From the IMG/VR virus record IMGVR_UViG_3300021185_002094: DNA of 64,000 nucleotides, one strand, 5' to 3'. Positions 29,685-38,352 of this stretch are shown piece after piece. Positions within the stretch are counted from its first letter, which is position 1, and the number at the start of each line of letters is the position of its first letter. The stretch is from an uncultured virus (IMG/VR IMGVR_UViG_3300021185_002094) (lineage: Duplodnaviria > Heunggongvirae > Uroviricota > Caudoviricetes). The notes beneath the pieces are model-generated. The model had not been told where the DNA came from. It saw nothing but the letters and a program-made list of their open reading frames with translations, and ran no database searches. The position numbers and the translations under genes were made by a program.

Positions 29685-30587
29685 TTACGAATCATTTGCA
29701 AGTTTTGCAAAGTATGATAGTGTATCATCATCGCCATCTGAAGATGCTTCAACAGCAGGGGCCGCTTCCGCAGTCTGCATAGTTGGAGCCTCCATGACAT
29801 CTGATACTACTGGTTCTGCTACAGGTGCATGACCTGCATCTACCCCTAGTACTCTATTCAACTTAGTTTTTAATTCATCATAAGTTTTATAGTTTTTAGG
29901 ATCAAGGAAGTCTTGAAGGGCATATAGTTTCCCATATACATCTTCTAATCTAGCCTCATCACCTTCATGTAGTGCACTTGGTGTAGCAAACTCTGACTTA
30001 TCATAGTTTACCCAACCTTCTACTTTACGGATTTTAATTTTAAAGTCCGCACCTTCCCAAAAGTCATAAGGATTACATGGTGTTTCATCTTCGAAAGCAG
30101 GTTGCATAGCTTCCATGATCTTATCAAAGATTTTCTTACCAAACTTATAAAGGAATACTTTTCCTTCATTCTCTGGGTTTGCAGGGTCTGAAATAACAAG
30201 CACATTACTTACATAATGTAACCTTCTCTTTCTATCTCTTGCAATGGTTTTATCTTCTTCCCTACCTGAGTTCCATAGAACCGAGTTCATCTCTGATACT
30301 GGATCCGGTTGTCCGATAGAAGTTAAAGAGTTTTCAATATACCATAGACCATTAGGACCTTTAAATCCGTGATCCCAATATCTTACCCATGGAAGGTCTT
30401 CACCATCCATTGCCGGTAAAAATCGGACTACGGCATAACCGTTTCCTGCTTTATCTCTGGTAGGTTTCCAAAATCTATCATCCGCGTAGGAATTAGATTC
30501 TTTCTTAGTAGTTGATACTGCTTCTGCAGCCTTTACGAGTTTGTCGATAGACGAGCCTCGAGAGCTCTTTAAGTTAGCAAATGACAT
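29685..30587 (-). CDS. gp32: single-stranded DNA binding protein
   Basis: DDRFWKP..DKAGNGYAVVRFLPA, WYIENSLTSIGQ.DPV, YKFGKKIFDKI, acidic tail DDDTLSYFAKLA. Confidence 0.97.
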   Translation of the reverse strand: MSFANLKSSRGSSIDKLVKAAEAVSTTKKESNSYADDRFWKPTRDKAGNGYAVVRFLPAMDGEDLPWVRYWDHGFKGPNGLWYIENSLTSIGQPDPVSEMNSVLWNSGREEDKTIARDRKRRLHYVSNVLVISDPANPENEGKVFLYKFGKKIFDKIMEAMQPAFEDETPCNPYDFWEGADFKIKIRKVEGWVNYDKSEFATPSALHEGDEARLEDVYGKLYALQDFLDPKNYKTYDELKTKLNRVLGVDAGHAPVAEPVVSDVMEAPTMQTAEAAPAVEASSDGDDDTLSYFAKLANDS

Positions 30588-30649
30588 TGTATTCTCCTGT
30601 ATTGCATTGTATTACTGAATTATCCACTTTTCTCATAATATAAGTTATT

Positions 30650-30678
30650 ATTATACTACATTTTCATGCAGTTGTAAA
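30650..30678 (-). promoter_or_regulatory. sigma70-type early promoter
   Basis: TTTACA-17 nt-TATAAT with TGTAG before the -10 box. Confidence 0.85.
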
Positions 30679-31260
30679 CCCTTTTATTAACAAATTTTTA
30701 CATTTGTAAACATCAAAGTTTACGAATGGGGTATATTTCTTGATTCTCCTTTTAAGATCAGGCCACATAATAGTGTCATTGATCTGTTTGGATTCTCTTT
30801 CCACAAACCCCAACATTGAATCCAAGATAGAAACAGTATCTAAACTAATCTCCTCTTGCATCAATAGTTCTATAATTAAAGGAACTTGTCCATCGATAGA
30901 TGTAAGACACTTATCGAAGTTAGGTTCTTGTTCACATAGGTTATTTATATCAATTGAAAACACTCTATGTATACTTTCTTTAATTTTTTTATATTTATTA
31001 TAGTTATCTTCTCCATCATGGTTTATCATATCGCCTACATATGATACACCTTCTTTAAAGTTGGCGACATAATAACCAATTACATCTTTGTCATAATTTT
31101 TACCAATCTTGGCAAAGAAGTATTTGTCCTTTCTTTTAAGAAATGAATTTGCAGTTACATTTGATTTATAGTTATACTTAATTGCATCATAACTATCTGT
31201 TTCAAAATGTAACTTTAGTGCATTATATATCTTATAAGAATCAAATGGGTCCATTCTCAA
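30664..31260 (-). CDS. gp59: helicase loader
   Basis: YK.Y.ALKLHF....YDAIKY, F.KRKDKYFF.K, KYTPF; adjacent to gp32. Confidence 0.9.
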   Translation of the reverse strand: MRMDPFDSYKIYNALKLHFETDSYDAIKYNYKSNVTANSFLKRKDKYFFAKIGKNYDKDVIGYYVANFKEGVSYVGDMINHDGEDNYNKYKKIKESIHRVFSIDINNLCEQEPNFDKCLTSIDGQVPLIIELLMQEEISLDTVSILDSMLGFVERESKQINDTIMWPDLKRRIKKYTPFVNFDVYKCKNLLIKGFTTA

Positions 31261-31517
31261 CCTAAGATTCCTTCATATAATGCTTCAACATCTTCAACTT
31301 CTCCGACGACTTCACTTAGATTTTGTTTGTGATAAATATTAGCCATCTTTCTTAGATGTTTCTTATCTATCTCTACATCTTCTACGCAAGAATTAATTGC
31401 CTCTTTAATAAAATCCCTTTGTGCATCCATAAGGGTCATAGCGTTACTAATCTCCTGAATACAATTTTTAATTCTAGTTTTATCTTCATCGGATGAAGGT
31501 ATAATCACATTACTCAT
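31257..31517 (-). CDS. dsbA: T4-type double-stranded DNA binding protein
   Basis: 86 aa, I.EIS.....D..RD.IKE...KK..RKMA..YHKQ...E.LYE; lies among gp33, gp59 and gp32. Confidence 0.7.
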   Translation of the reverse strand: MSNVIIPSSDEDKTRIKNCIQEISNAMTLMDAQRDFIKEAINSCVEDVEIDKKHLRKMANIYHKQNLSEVVGEVEDVEALYEGILG

Positions 31518-31525
31518 AATTTCTC

Positions 31526-31780
31526 CTATATTGGTAATTTATTGGTTTTACTTGCACCTCTAATAAGATTAAGAGTATTTGCTTCATGCTCTATCTTATC
31601 TTTTAGTGAATCGGTTAATAGTTTTTTCAGGTTCTGATATTGCATACCCCTTTCTTCTATTATCATAACTGCGGCATCTATGTAACTAATATCATTATTA
31701 TTTGCTACTAAATTCTCTACAGCCATTGAAAATCTTTTCTTAGTCATAATCTTATGTTGAAATATTTTTTCTTCTGTCAT
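31526..31780 (-). CDS. gp33: late promoter transcription coactivator
   Basis: F...VE..V.....SYIDA........KKLL...LKDKIE.EA..LNLI...KLPI; start taken at MTEEK. Confidence 0.9.
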   Translation of the reverse strand: MTEEKIFQHKIMTKKRFSMAVENLVANNNDISYIDAAVMIIEERGMQYQNLKKLLTDSLKDKIEHEANTLNLIRGASKTNKLPI

Positions 31781-32970
31781 AATGTCCTTAATAAAATACA
31801 ATCTTGGTTTATTCTTCCGTTAGGAGTATTCACCTTAGTTGTAATCTGATCTTTCCAAACTTGTTTTTCAATTTGTTTGGCAGTCTTGGTTAATATTAAA
31901 GGAAGTATCACATCTGGTTTTCTTAATTTAGTACACTTAGATAATTTATCATCAAAGTTTTTAATTGTGGTACCGCCCACTTCAAAGCCTTTAGTTGAGG
32001 TGGTTACATATTCATATAGGTTTCTATTCTTTGTGTTAAATACAAAGAGTGTAGAGGCACCTGGAATAGTAATAGGATTAATAGATGTTAATTTATAATC
32101 CATATCTTCTATCTTAAACTTTAAGTTCTTAACTTGCTGATCAGTGGCTTTTGGTTTTCTAGCCCTTGGTGTTCTAGTTGCCTTAAATGATAGTTGTAAT
32201 TTATCTAGGTCAGCATAGATACTATCCATCTGTTTCAACATTTTCTTTTTATTGGCAGTAGTAATATGTGAGTGTCCTTCTACACATTGCTCACATGTTT
32301 TATCTAGTGCCGATTTAATCTCTTCATAGTATCCGTCAATGATCTTTTTAAATGGGGCAATTGCATTACCCTTTAGACTATTTTCTTTGAATAAGGCAAA
32401 TACATCAATAGTATTTTTAAAGTTTTTATCAAACCAGCCTTCTACTATGATTTCATCCCATGCCGTATAGATGGTATCCATCATTTTTCTACGAGTTCTT
32501 TCAGCCACAGAAATGACTGGAGGGGCATTCTTTTTCTGTTCTTTTTGTTCTGCAACAATAAGTTTTGCAGCATCTACTTTTTCTTTTGCAAATTCTTTAT
32601 ATCTTTCAATCTGCTCTTCTGAATATTCATAACCACGATAGTGTAAACGAGCAATCTTACCAAGATTACCCGATACTTCCCAATCTCTTAATTTCTTGAG
32701 CGATGTTGCCTCTTCTTTCGTAAAGCCACATACCTCTTCAACAAAATCGATTACATAAGGAACATAATCTTTTGCCTTGTAATGATAGTTATACCAATTA
32801 GCGCCCTTAGTCCATAAGGTGTCTCTATCTTTTATGCCAGGGGATGTCTGCCCTGGTTCATATACAGGTTCATAACCTATATATTGGTCTTCAATAGTAA
32901 CTCTATTTCTACGACCTTTCTTTCTTGTTGCTTCTAATTTTTTACTTACCATAATTTTAAATACTCCCAA
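31777..32970 (-). CDS. conserved hypothetical phage protein
   Basis: 397 aa; SINP..I.GA..L.VFNTK.R.L, LRKP, NGRIN.D.ILLR motifs seen in T4-like phages. Confidence 0.75.
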   Translation of the reverse strand: MGVFKIMVSKKLEATRKKGRRNRVTIEDQYIGYEPVYEPGQTSPGIKDRDTLWTKGANWYNYHYKAKDYVPYVIDFVEEVCGFTKEEATSLKKLRDWEVSGNLGKIARLHYRGYEYSEEQIERYKEFAKEKVDAAKLIVAEQKEQKKNAPPVISVAERTRRKMMDTIYTAWDEIIVEGWFDKNFKNTIDVFALFKENSLKGNAIAPFKKIIDGYYEEIKSALDKTCEQCVEGHSHITTANKKKMLKQMDSIYADLDKLQLSFKATRTPRARKPKATDQQVKNLKFKIEDMDYKLTSINPITIPGASTLFVFNTKNRNLYEYVTTSTKGFEVGGTTIKNFDDKLSKCTKLRKPDVILPLILTKTAKQIEKQVWKDQITTKVNTPNGRINQDCILLRTL

Positions 32971-32981
32971 TTAATAATACT

Positions 32982-33010
32982 ATTATACTACACTTTGAGT
33001 ATAAAGTAAA
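32982..33010 (-). promoter_or_regulatory. sigma70-type early promoter
   Basis: TTTACT-17 nt-TATAAT with TGTAG extension. Confidence 0.8.
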
Positions 33011-33060
33011 GGGGCCAAGGACATAAATTGTAAATTAAAAGGAGTAATGTCCTTGACCCC
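33011..33060 (-). terminator. 14-bp stem-loop (terminator or structured RNA)
   Basis: GGGGUCAAGGACAU / AUGUCCUUGGCCCC, 22-nt loop, followed by UUUACUUU. Confidence 0.65.
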
Positions 33061-33064
33061 GTGA

Positions 33065-33328
33065 CTATTGATCTAGCTCATAGTTAAAGTTTAAGGGCCT
33101 TTCATAATTCTTAATGCCCATCACAAAGTTTTCTGCTGCATTTTCTGCATAGATTACATTGTGTGCAGGATACCATTCTATTGCTAATGATTCTCCTTCT
33201 GATAACATTCTGATACCATAATAGTTATGAGGTTCATGACCGACTGTTTGTAAAACTTCGGCCGTACGTGATTTAAATTTATCACTCCCTTGATATTCAG
33301 ATATTAATGTATAATTTACTTTTGACAT
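33065..33328 (-). CDS. hypothetical protein
   Basis: 87 aa, GGAG RBS; YAENAAENFVMGI motif. Confidence 0.65.
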   Translation of the reverse strand: MSKVNYTLISEYQGSDKFKSRTAEVLQTVGHEPHNYYGIRMLSEGESLAIEWYPAHNVIYAENAAENFVMGIKNYERPLNFNYELDQ

Positions 33329-33480
33329 TATGTATTATCTCCATCCCTATTTTTAACCTCATTCTTATCGAATAAAGATTGACCTTTTTGATTAGCTACT
33401 GCTTCTGCTGATCCTATTGCAAAGAACATTGCAAATGCTAGTAGTACAAATCCTCCAATAAAACTAATTTCTGTTTCCAT
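33328..33480 (-). CDS. small membrane protein, 50 aa (not in ORF track)
   Basis: METEISFIGGFVLLAFAMFFAIGSAEAVANQKGQSLFDKNEVKNRDGDNT; fills the gap; TAATG coupling. Confidence 0.6.
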   Translation of the reverse strand: METEISFIGGFVLLAFAMFFAIGSAEAVANQKGQSLFDKNEVKNRDGDNT

Positions 33481-33482
33481 AA

Positions 33483-33800
33483 TTATTTTCCTATATGTTC
33501 CACGTCCTTTCGTGGGATTACTTGATACGCACCTTTGTTATACGCTGGTGCAACTGTAAAGTTTTTAGATACTTCAGTTTTCCAACTTTCATCTTTTTCT
33601 GGTTTATATGTATTACCCATAGGAGCTGAAGGATATAATTCTCTATGCCTACGTGATTCTTGTAAGGCAAAGGATTCTTCTGCTACCATAGGGGTAAACT
33701 TAGGTTTAATTTTAGTCGCTGGTTTCATGGAGTTAGTTTTTCTTTTACGACCATGAATATCATATCGCAAACTTCCCTGATAAAAATTAGTAGCGCCCAT
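33483..33800 (-). CDS. conserved hypothetical phage protein
   Basis: C-terminal TVAPAYNKGAYQVI motif; AAGGAG RBS. Confidence 0.7.
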   Translation of the reverse strand: MGATNFYQGSLRYDIHGRKRKTNSMKPATKIKPKFTPMVAEESFALQESRRHRELYPSAPMGNTYKPEKDESWKTEVSKNFTVAPAYNKGAYQVIPRKDVEHIGK

Positions 33801-33949
33801 TAATTAATTAGCTCCTTTACTACACTTTTAATTTGGTTCTTTTCTAGCTGTTGTTGCTTTTCTTTCCACAACTGTTTGAATTCTTTATTATTTGCTTTCT
33901 TCTCTGCTAGATTTAGATAAGCCATTCTTTGTTCATATGTATTTGGCAT
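33800..33949 (-). CDS. small basic protein, 49 aa (not in ORF track)
   Basis: MPNTYEQRMAYLNLAEKKANNKEFKQLWKRKQQQLEKNQIKSVVKELIN; TAATG coupling at both ends. Confidence 0.6.
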   Translation of the reverse strand: MPNTYEQRMAYLNLAEKKANNKEFKQLWKEKQQQLEKNQIKSVVKELIN

Positions 33950-34215
33950 TAGTAATCCCAATCGTTCTTAGTTGCCAAATATGTTTCCATATAACTACTA
34001 CCTGCAAGATAATCTCTAGTCTGCCTATCGGTGTAGTGTCTATTCTTATCGTGAAAACATTCTAAACTATTTGGAGCCTGATGTGAAGCCTTAGCAATGG
34101 CTTTGTTAAGTTTGGCCATTGTATTAATTGACTTCTTTCTCTTATCAATTTTACTAATGGTTTTTGCCATCTTTTGTTTCTCGGCGGCTTTCTTTATCAT
34201 TTCTAGTCTATCCAT
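33949..34215 (-). CDS. hypothetical early protein
   Basis: 88 aa, AAGGAG RBS, directly behind an early promoter. Confidence 0.7.
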   Translation of the reverse strand: MDRLEMIKKAAEKQKMAKTISKIDKRKKSINTMAKLNKAIAKASHQAPNSLECFHDKNRHYTDRQTRDYLAGSSYMETYLATKNDWDY

Positions 34216-34240
34216 ACTTTTCTCCTTGATTAATATGTTT

Positions 34241-34322
34241 ATTATAACATGCTTTTTTTACAATGTAAAGTGTTTTTTTCATTTTTTTTCATTTTTTTTC
34301 TAAGTGTAACATTTATGTAACA
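34241..34322 (-). promoter_or_regulatory. early promoter with phased A-tracts and a TGTAACA direct-repeat box
   Basis: TTTACA-17-TATAAT (34241-34269), three A-tracts at 10-bp period, TGTAACA at 34305 and 34316. Confidence 0.85.
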
Positions 34323-34327
34323 CTAAA

Positions 34328-34657
34328 TTACTTTAATAATGCTATTATCGCCTTTAATACTTCTTGAGCAATTAGTCTTGATTCTGCTGCGGCCAGTTGT
34401 TCAAGTTGGCCCTGTACTATTATATACTTTGCTAGGTTGTTAATAAGAAGTATTAATCCTGCTCCGTTGAGTAGGATAAGTGCCCTATCTTCCCATAAGA
34501 TTGATACCCATAACCATAATGAGATACCAACTATAGAAAGCATAAGGTCTATTAATTGAAATTCTGGAATGCCACGAACTGACATTGCACATAATACTAT
34601 TATTGAGGCCAACCACTTGACATACCAATCAAGTGATTTACCCTTAGTTCTTGCCAC
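34328..34657 (-). CDS. hypothetical membrane protein
   Basis: LDWYVKWLASIIVL...WLWVSILWEDRALILLN, three hydrophobic segments; GTG start at 34657 with AGGAG upstream. Confidence 0.7.
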   Translation of the reverse strand: MARTKGKSLDWYVKWLASIIVLCAMSVRGIPEFQLIDLMLSIVGISLWLWVSILWEDRALILLNGAGLILLINNLAKYIIVQGQLEQLAAAESRLIAQEVLKAIIALLK

Positions 34658-35223
34658 TATACTGCAACTCCTGTAACTTCTTGCTCCATTTGCAAGTCGC
34701 ATCTCGTTAAGTATTTTTGTAGTTCTTGGTTACCCAGAAGTTGGGAACCATCATCCATAATATAAGAACATCTATAGTTCTCCCTCTTCTGATTAGGTCC
34801 CATTTCCCACTGTTCATGTTTAGAAAGAATTTCTTTCCTCATCCAACCATACTCTCCGTTGGCCACAGTTTTTTCGCACGTGACATCGCCATTAGAATCA
34901 ATATTAAGATAGTAAGGCACATCCCATGCTTCTATATCTAGGTCAGTATCATCTGCAAGTAATTGAACATCAAGAATATACTCTTGTTGTGAATAGTCAT
35001 TCACTGTAATGGCTTCTACAACCTTAGGGAAGTTTTCGTGTAACACGTCCCACCCCTCAACTGCGGCACCATATAAATCAGTTCCAGCAAAATTATCACT
35101 TATGTTCTCTACGACATAAGTACTGCCACCCTTGAACTTCCAGTATTGAGGGCAATGTCCTTTGCCGTCCCAATCATGGGCTCCATAATTTTCTTTGTAT
35201 TGGGTGTTGATTAATATTTTCAT
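34657..35223 (-). CDS. conserved hypothetical early protein
   Basis: TQYKENYGAHDWDGKG.CPQYWKFKGGSTYVV motif; GGAG RBS. Confidence 0.75.
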   Translation of the reverse strand: MKILINTQYKENYGAHDWDGKGHCPQYWKFKGGSTYVVENISDNFAGTDLYGAAVEGWDVLHENFPKVVEAITVNDYSQQEYILDVQLLADDTDLDIEAWDVPYYLNIDSNGDVTCEKTVANGEYGWMRKEILSKHEQWEMGPNQKRENYRCSYIMDDGSQLLGNQELQKYLTRCDLQMEQEVTGVAV

Positions 35224-35258
35224 AATGATTCTCCGAGTTCTTTTTAATTTACTGGTAT

Positions 35259-35340
35259 ATTATACTACACTTTTATGTGCTTGTAAAGTGTTTTTTTCAT
35301 TTTTTTTCATTTTTTTTGAATGTGTAACATAAATACAACA
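35259..35340 (-). promoter_or_regulatory. early promoter with phased A-tracts and a TGTAACA box
   Basis: TTTACA-17-TATAAT (35259-35287), A-tracts, TGTAACA at 35323 and TACAACA at 35334. Confidence 0.85.
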
Positions 35341-35363
35341 CTTCTTTCTTTGATTATGAGGTT

Positions 35364-35392
35364 ATTATACTACAAGTCAGATTGCTTGTAAA
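35364..35392 (-). promoter_or_regulatory. second tandem early promoter
   Basis: TTTACA-17-TATAAT with TGTAG. Confidence 0.8.
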
Positions 35393-35411
35393 GAGGTTTA
35401 ACCAACTTTTT

Positions 35412-36041
35412 TTAGAGTGTTCCTATTCTAGGGCACCTGTCTGGGTATTTTTTGATTTTATTTAATACATTGTAATTATGGTTAACTACAAGGCCTGTCA
35501 TCATGCTTACGGCAAGAAGGTCTTCATTAGTAATCGGATGTTTATTAAAGTCAGGGTGTAAGACAGGATAAAGTGTAAGTATTTTATGTTGAAACAATCT
35601 TGCTTTGGAAGGTCTTTTAGGTAAAAATGGATTAACTTCATATACACATTCATACTTCATTGCTTTTGCGGTGGAGTTTATATCGTGATATTGTACTATT
35701 AAAAATAAAGCCCAGTATTCCCAATCAGCTGATGGTGCATATTCAAACTGTATAGATTCGTACGCGCTCTTCTTTTCCTTTAACCTTGATTGTATCAACG
35801 TGTTTGAGTAATCCATTTTTACTCTGTCCCGCACTGATTGGGCCCAACAACATTCGTACCCCATCATAATTGCGTGTCTGTCCTTCAAGTCTAGCGGCAA
35901 GGTTGACGGCATCTCCAATGACGGAATAGTCAAATCGGGATTCCGATCCCATGTTTCCGACGATGCAGTCGCCGGTATTAATACCAATCCCCACATCAAT
36001 CCTAGGTAAACCTTGTTCTTCCAACTCTTTAATAAGTTCAT
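35412..36041 (-). CDS. hypothetical exported or membrane protein overlapping the cyclase 3' end
   Basis: 209 aa; signal-peptide-like N-terminus; 3' part is non-overlapping and fills the gap; YEVNPFLPKRP motif; start uncertain. Confidence 0.6.
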   Translation of the reverse strand: MNLLKSWKNKVYLGLMWGLVLIPATASSETWDRNPDLTIPSLEMPSTLPLDLKDRHAIMMGYECCWAQSVRDRVKMDYSNTLIQSRLKEKKSAYESIQFEYAPSADWEYWALFLIVQYHDINSTAKAMKYECVYEVNPFLPKRPSKARLFQHKILTLYPVLHPDFNKHPITNEDLLAVSMMTGLVVNHNYNVLNKIKKYPDRCPRIGTL

Positions 36042-37578
36042 CTGCCGCCTTTAATATTTCTAATCCAGTTTTTATTGCCATATCGGCATGATCTTCACAA
36101 GATAAAGGAGCGTTCCAAAACGCCATAATACAATCTCCCATATACTTATCAATTGTGCCGCCATTTTTTAGAATGATTTTTGTCATTGTATCTAAATAAC
36201 TATTTATAATCTTTACTAACCCTTCTGGATCATCATTGTTCTTATAGTGTTCTGATATAGGAGTAAACCCTACTATATCCATGAATAAGAAGGACATTTC
36301 TTTTCGCTCTCCTCCAAGTTTTAATAGAGAAGGATCTTTTTGTAACAACATAACTTGTCTTGGGTCTAAGTAAGTTTCAAACTGTTTCTTAATTTGCTGT
36401 CGGAGTACAAACTGTTTATAGAAATTATTAAAACTTGATGATGTGAAAGATACTATATAAATGAGTAAGACACTTAAAGGTGATAATAATATATTATAAG
36501 TTTGCCAAATATAAATAAATCCACCTATAACACTAGAAGAGAGTAATATAAATGTCAGACCAGAAATCCAAATCGGTAATCTATACACAGCAAATACAAG
36601 AAGGCCAGAACCAAGAATTACTATTAGAAGTTCCAACATATCAGCCCACAGAGGCCTGGATATCTGAGTACCAGAAACGATGGTCTCAATGGCAGCTGCG
36701 TGAATTAAATGCGCAGGTTTCATACCAGATGGAGTTGGAATCTGAGACGCCAAACCAGAAGCAGTTAGACCAACCACAACAGTCTTCCCTTTCAAGTTCG
36801 GTAACTCATTGGACCCGTAGTTTATTTGAGTAAAGTTAATATTAGGATTTAGCCATATAGAACCATTTACATCAGTTGTAATTCTAAACGGTCTTAAAAT
36901 AATTTCTTCAATACCTACATCATTTACCTTTATAGTGTAAGATGGTCTCTCTTGTAATATTCTAATAGTTTCTAGTGCAAGTGATGGGTATACTTGTTCA
37001 TTGATTTGTGATAGGAGTGGCATTCTTCTTACTACTCCATCTACTTCTGGCATTGCGTTTACAAGTCCGTGACCCCACGCTCCTGACTCTAGCTGTGGTA
37101 TGTTAGTAACTAAACCATCATATTTTATTAACCAATCTAAAGGGTCTCCAGTTCCAAATACTGCAGAGCCAACATAAGGAGCCTGTTTACTTCTTCCACT
37201 AGGGTCAGCATCTTGTGATAATATAATACCATTATCTTTTATCCAAGAGGCGAATACTTCATCGCCACCGAATCTATCTGCTTCTGGAAACATAATTGTA
37301 AACACAATCATACCTGCATTTGCATTACGCAAGTCTGAGATCATCTGTGCATAAGTTTGTCTAGGAAATGGATATTGGCCGTGAACGCCTAATGTTTCTT
37401 CTGATATATTTAAAAGTATTATATTATCAGATGTGGTTTCTTTAATTGATGTTGTATATTGATCGAATACAGTAAGTCTAAATTCTTGTAACCAAGAAGG
37501 ATCAGATAGTCTAACTAAAACTAAAACGAATGTAAGTGCTAGAGTAGCCCATATAGAAGTTAGATATTTCATATGCAT
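35743..37578 (-). CDS. CHASE2-domain class III adenylate cyclase
   Basis: N-terminal TM; CHASE2 motifs (GQYPFPR, MFPEADR, DGVVRRMPL, YPSLALE, LKGKTVVVG.TA); three TMs; catalytic FMDIVGFT, IDKYMGDCIMAFW, YSVIGDAVNLAARLE, VKGK. Confidence 0.95.
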   Translation of the reverse strand: MHMKYLTSIWATLALTFVLVLVRLSDPSWLQEFRLTVFDQYTTSIKETTSDNIILLNISEETLGVHGQYPFPRQTYAQMISDLRNANAGMIVFTIMFPEADRFGGDEVFASWIKDNGIILSQDADPSGRSKQAPYVGSAVFGTGDPLDWLIKYDGLVTNIPQLESGAWGHGLVNAMPEVDGVVRRMPLLSQINEQVYPSLALETIRILQERPSYTIKVNDVGIEEIILRPFRITTDVNGSIWLNPNINFTQINYGSNELPNLKGKTVVVGLTASGLASQIPTPSGMKPAHLIHAAAIETIVSGTQISRPLWADMLELLIVILGSGLLVFAVYRLPIWISGLTFILLSSSVIGGFIYIWQTYNILLSPLSVLLIYIVSFTSSSFNNFYKQFVLRQQIKKQFETYLDPRQVMLLQKDPSLLKLGGERKEMSFLFMDIVGFTPISEHYKNNDDPEGLVKIINSYLDTMTKIILKNGGTIDKYMGDCIMAFWNAPLSCEDHADMAIKTGLEILKAADELIKELEEQGLPRIDVGIGINTGDCIVGNMGSESRFDYSVIGDAVNLAARLEGQTRNYDGVRMLLGPISAGQSKNGLLKHVDTIKVKGKEERVRIYTV

Positions 37579-37644
37579 ATATCCATATAAATTCCTTTAC
37601 CTAGATTGGGTGATCCATACTTATACCAAATAAATCTGTGGTAA

Positions 37645-38352
37645 TTATTCTTGTAATACATTAACTGCACAACCGCCTACTGTTATACAATCTACTGATA
37701 TAGTATATGCTTGACTTGTAGTACTCATTTGTTTTAAGATTAAATCTGTTCCGTATAATCCGTCAAGCGTTATGTTTGCATTATGACTTGTATTATTACC
37801 TTTTTGGCGAACAAATACATCATTATAATCATTATAGATTGTTAAGTTTAGATTCTTATCACCATCGCTTTGTTGTTTAACTTGAACTTTATTATCATCA
37901 CCTGCTAAGTGTAGATCAAAGCTATGGCCTGTAGTAGACCCTTGGTTTGTTTGTTGAACTGCCATCTCATTATTATCACCATAGAGTGTAATATCTATTT
38001 CATGGCCGCCACCTTCATATCCGTCTGCCCACCAAGTTAAGTCCGTATCAGAATCAAGAGTATTCCATGCAACTCCTTGTGCTAATTTTATTTTATTATC
38101 GGTACCACTTACTTCATCAAAGATTATTTTATTAACACCATCACTATCATTGACTTGTACTAAATACATTGATAGACTTGATGAGTTAATATATGAATTG
38201 CCATCTTTCATTTCAACTCTATTATTATAACCTACCTGATCAATGCCTAATTGTAAATTATCACCTGACTGTTCTATACTGATAATATTATCATCAGCAA
38301 AACACATTAGTGGTAATACTAACATACTTAAAACAAATATTAATTCTTTCAT
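37645..38352 (-). CDS. curlin-repeat protein (CsgA/CsgB-like)
   Basis: Signal peptide; repeated x-I-x-Q-x-G-D-x-N units; in the csgF-csgG operon. Confidence 0.75.
   Translation of the reverse strand: MKELIFVLSMLVLPLMCFADDNIISIEQSGDNLQLGIDQVGYNNRVEMKDGNSYINSSSLSMYLVQVNDSDGVNKIIFDEVSGTDNKIKLAQGVAWNTLDSDTDLTWWADGYEGGGHEIDITLYGDNNEMAVQQTNQGSTTGHSFDLHLAGDDNKVQVKQQSDGDKNLNLTIYNDYNDVFVRQKGNNTSHNANITLDGLYGTDLILKQMSTTSQAYTISVDCITVGGCAVNVLQE

Noticed and set aside
34305..34322. TGTAACA boxes as CRP-family (cAMP effector) sites linked to the cyclase
   Set aside because: CRP-type sites are 16-bp palindromes (TGTGA-N6-TCACA). These span 18 bp and extend to 3-4 units at 11-bp period, which fits direct-repeat binders better.
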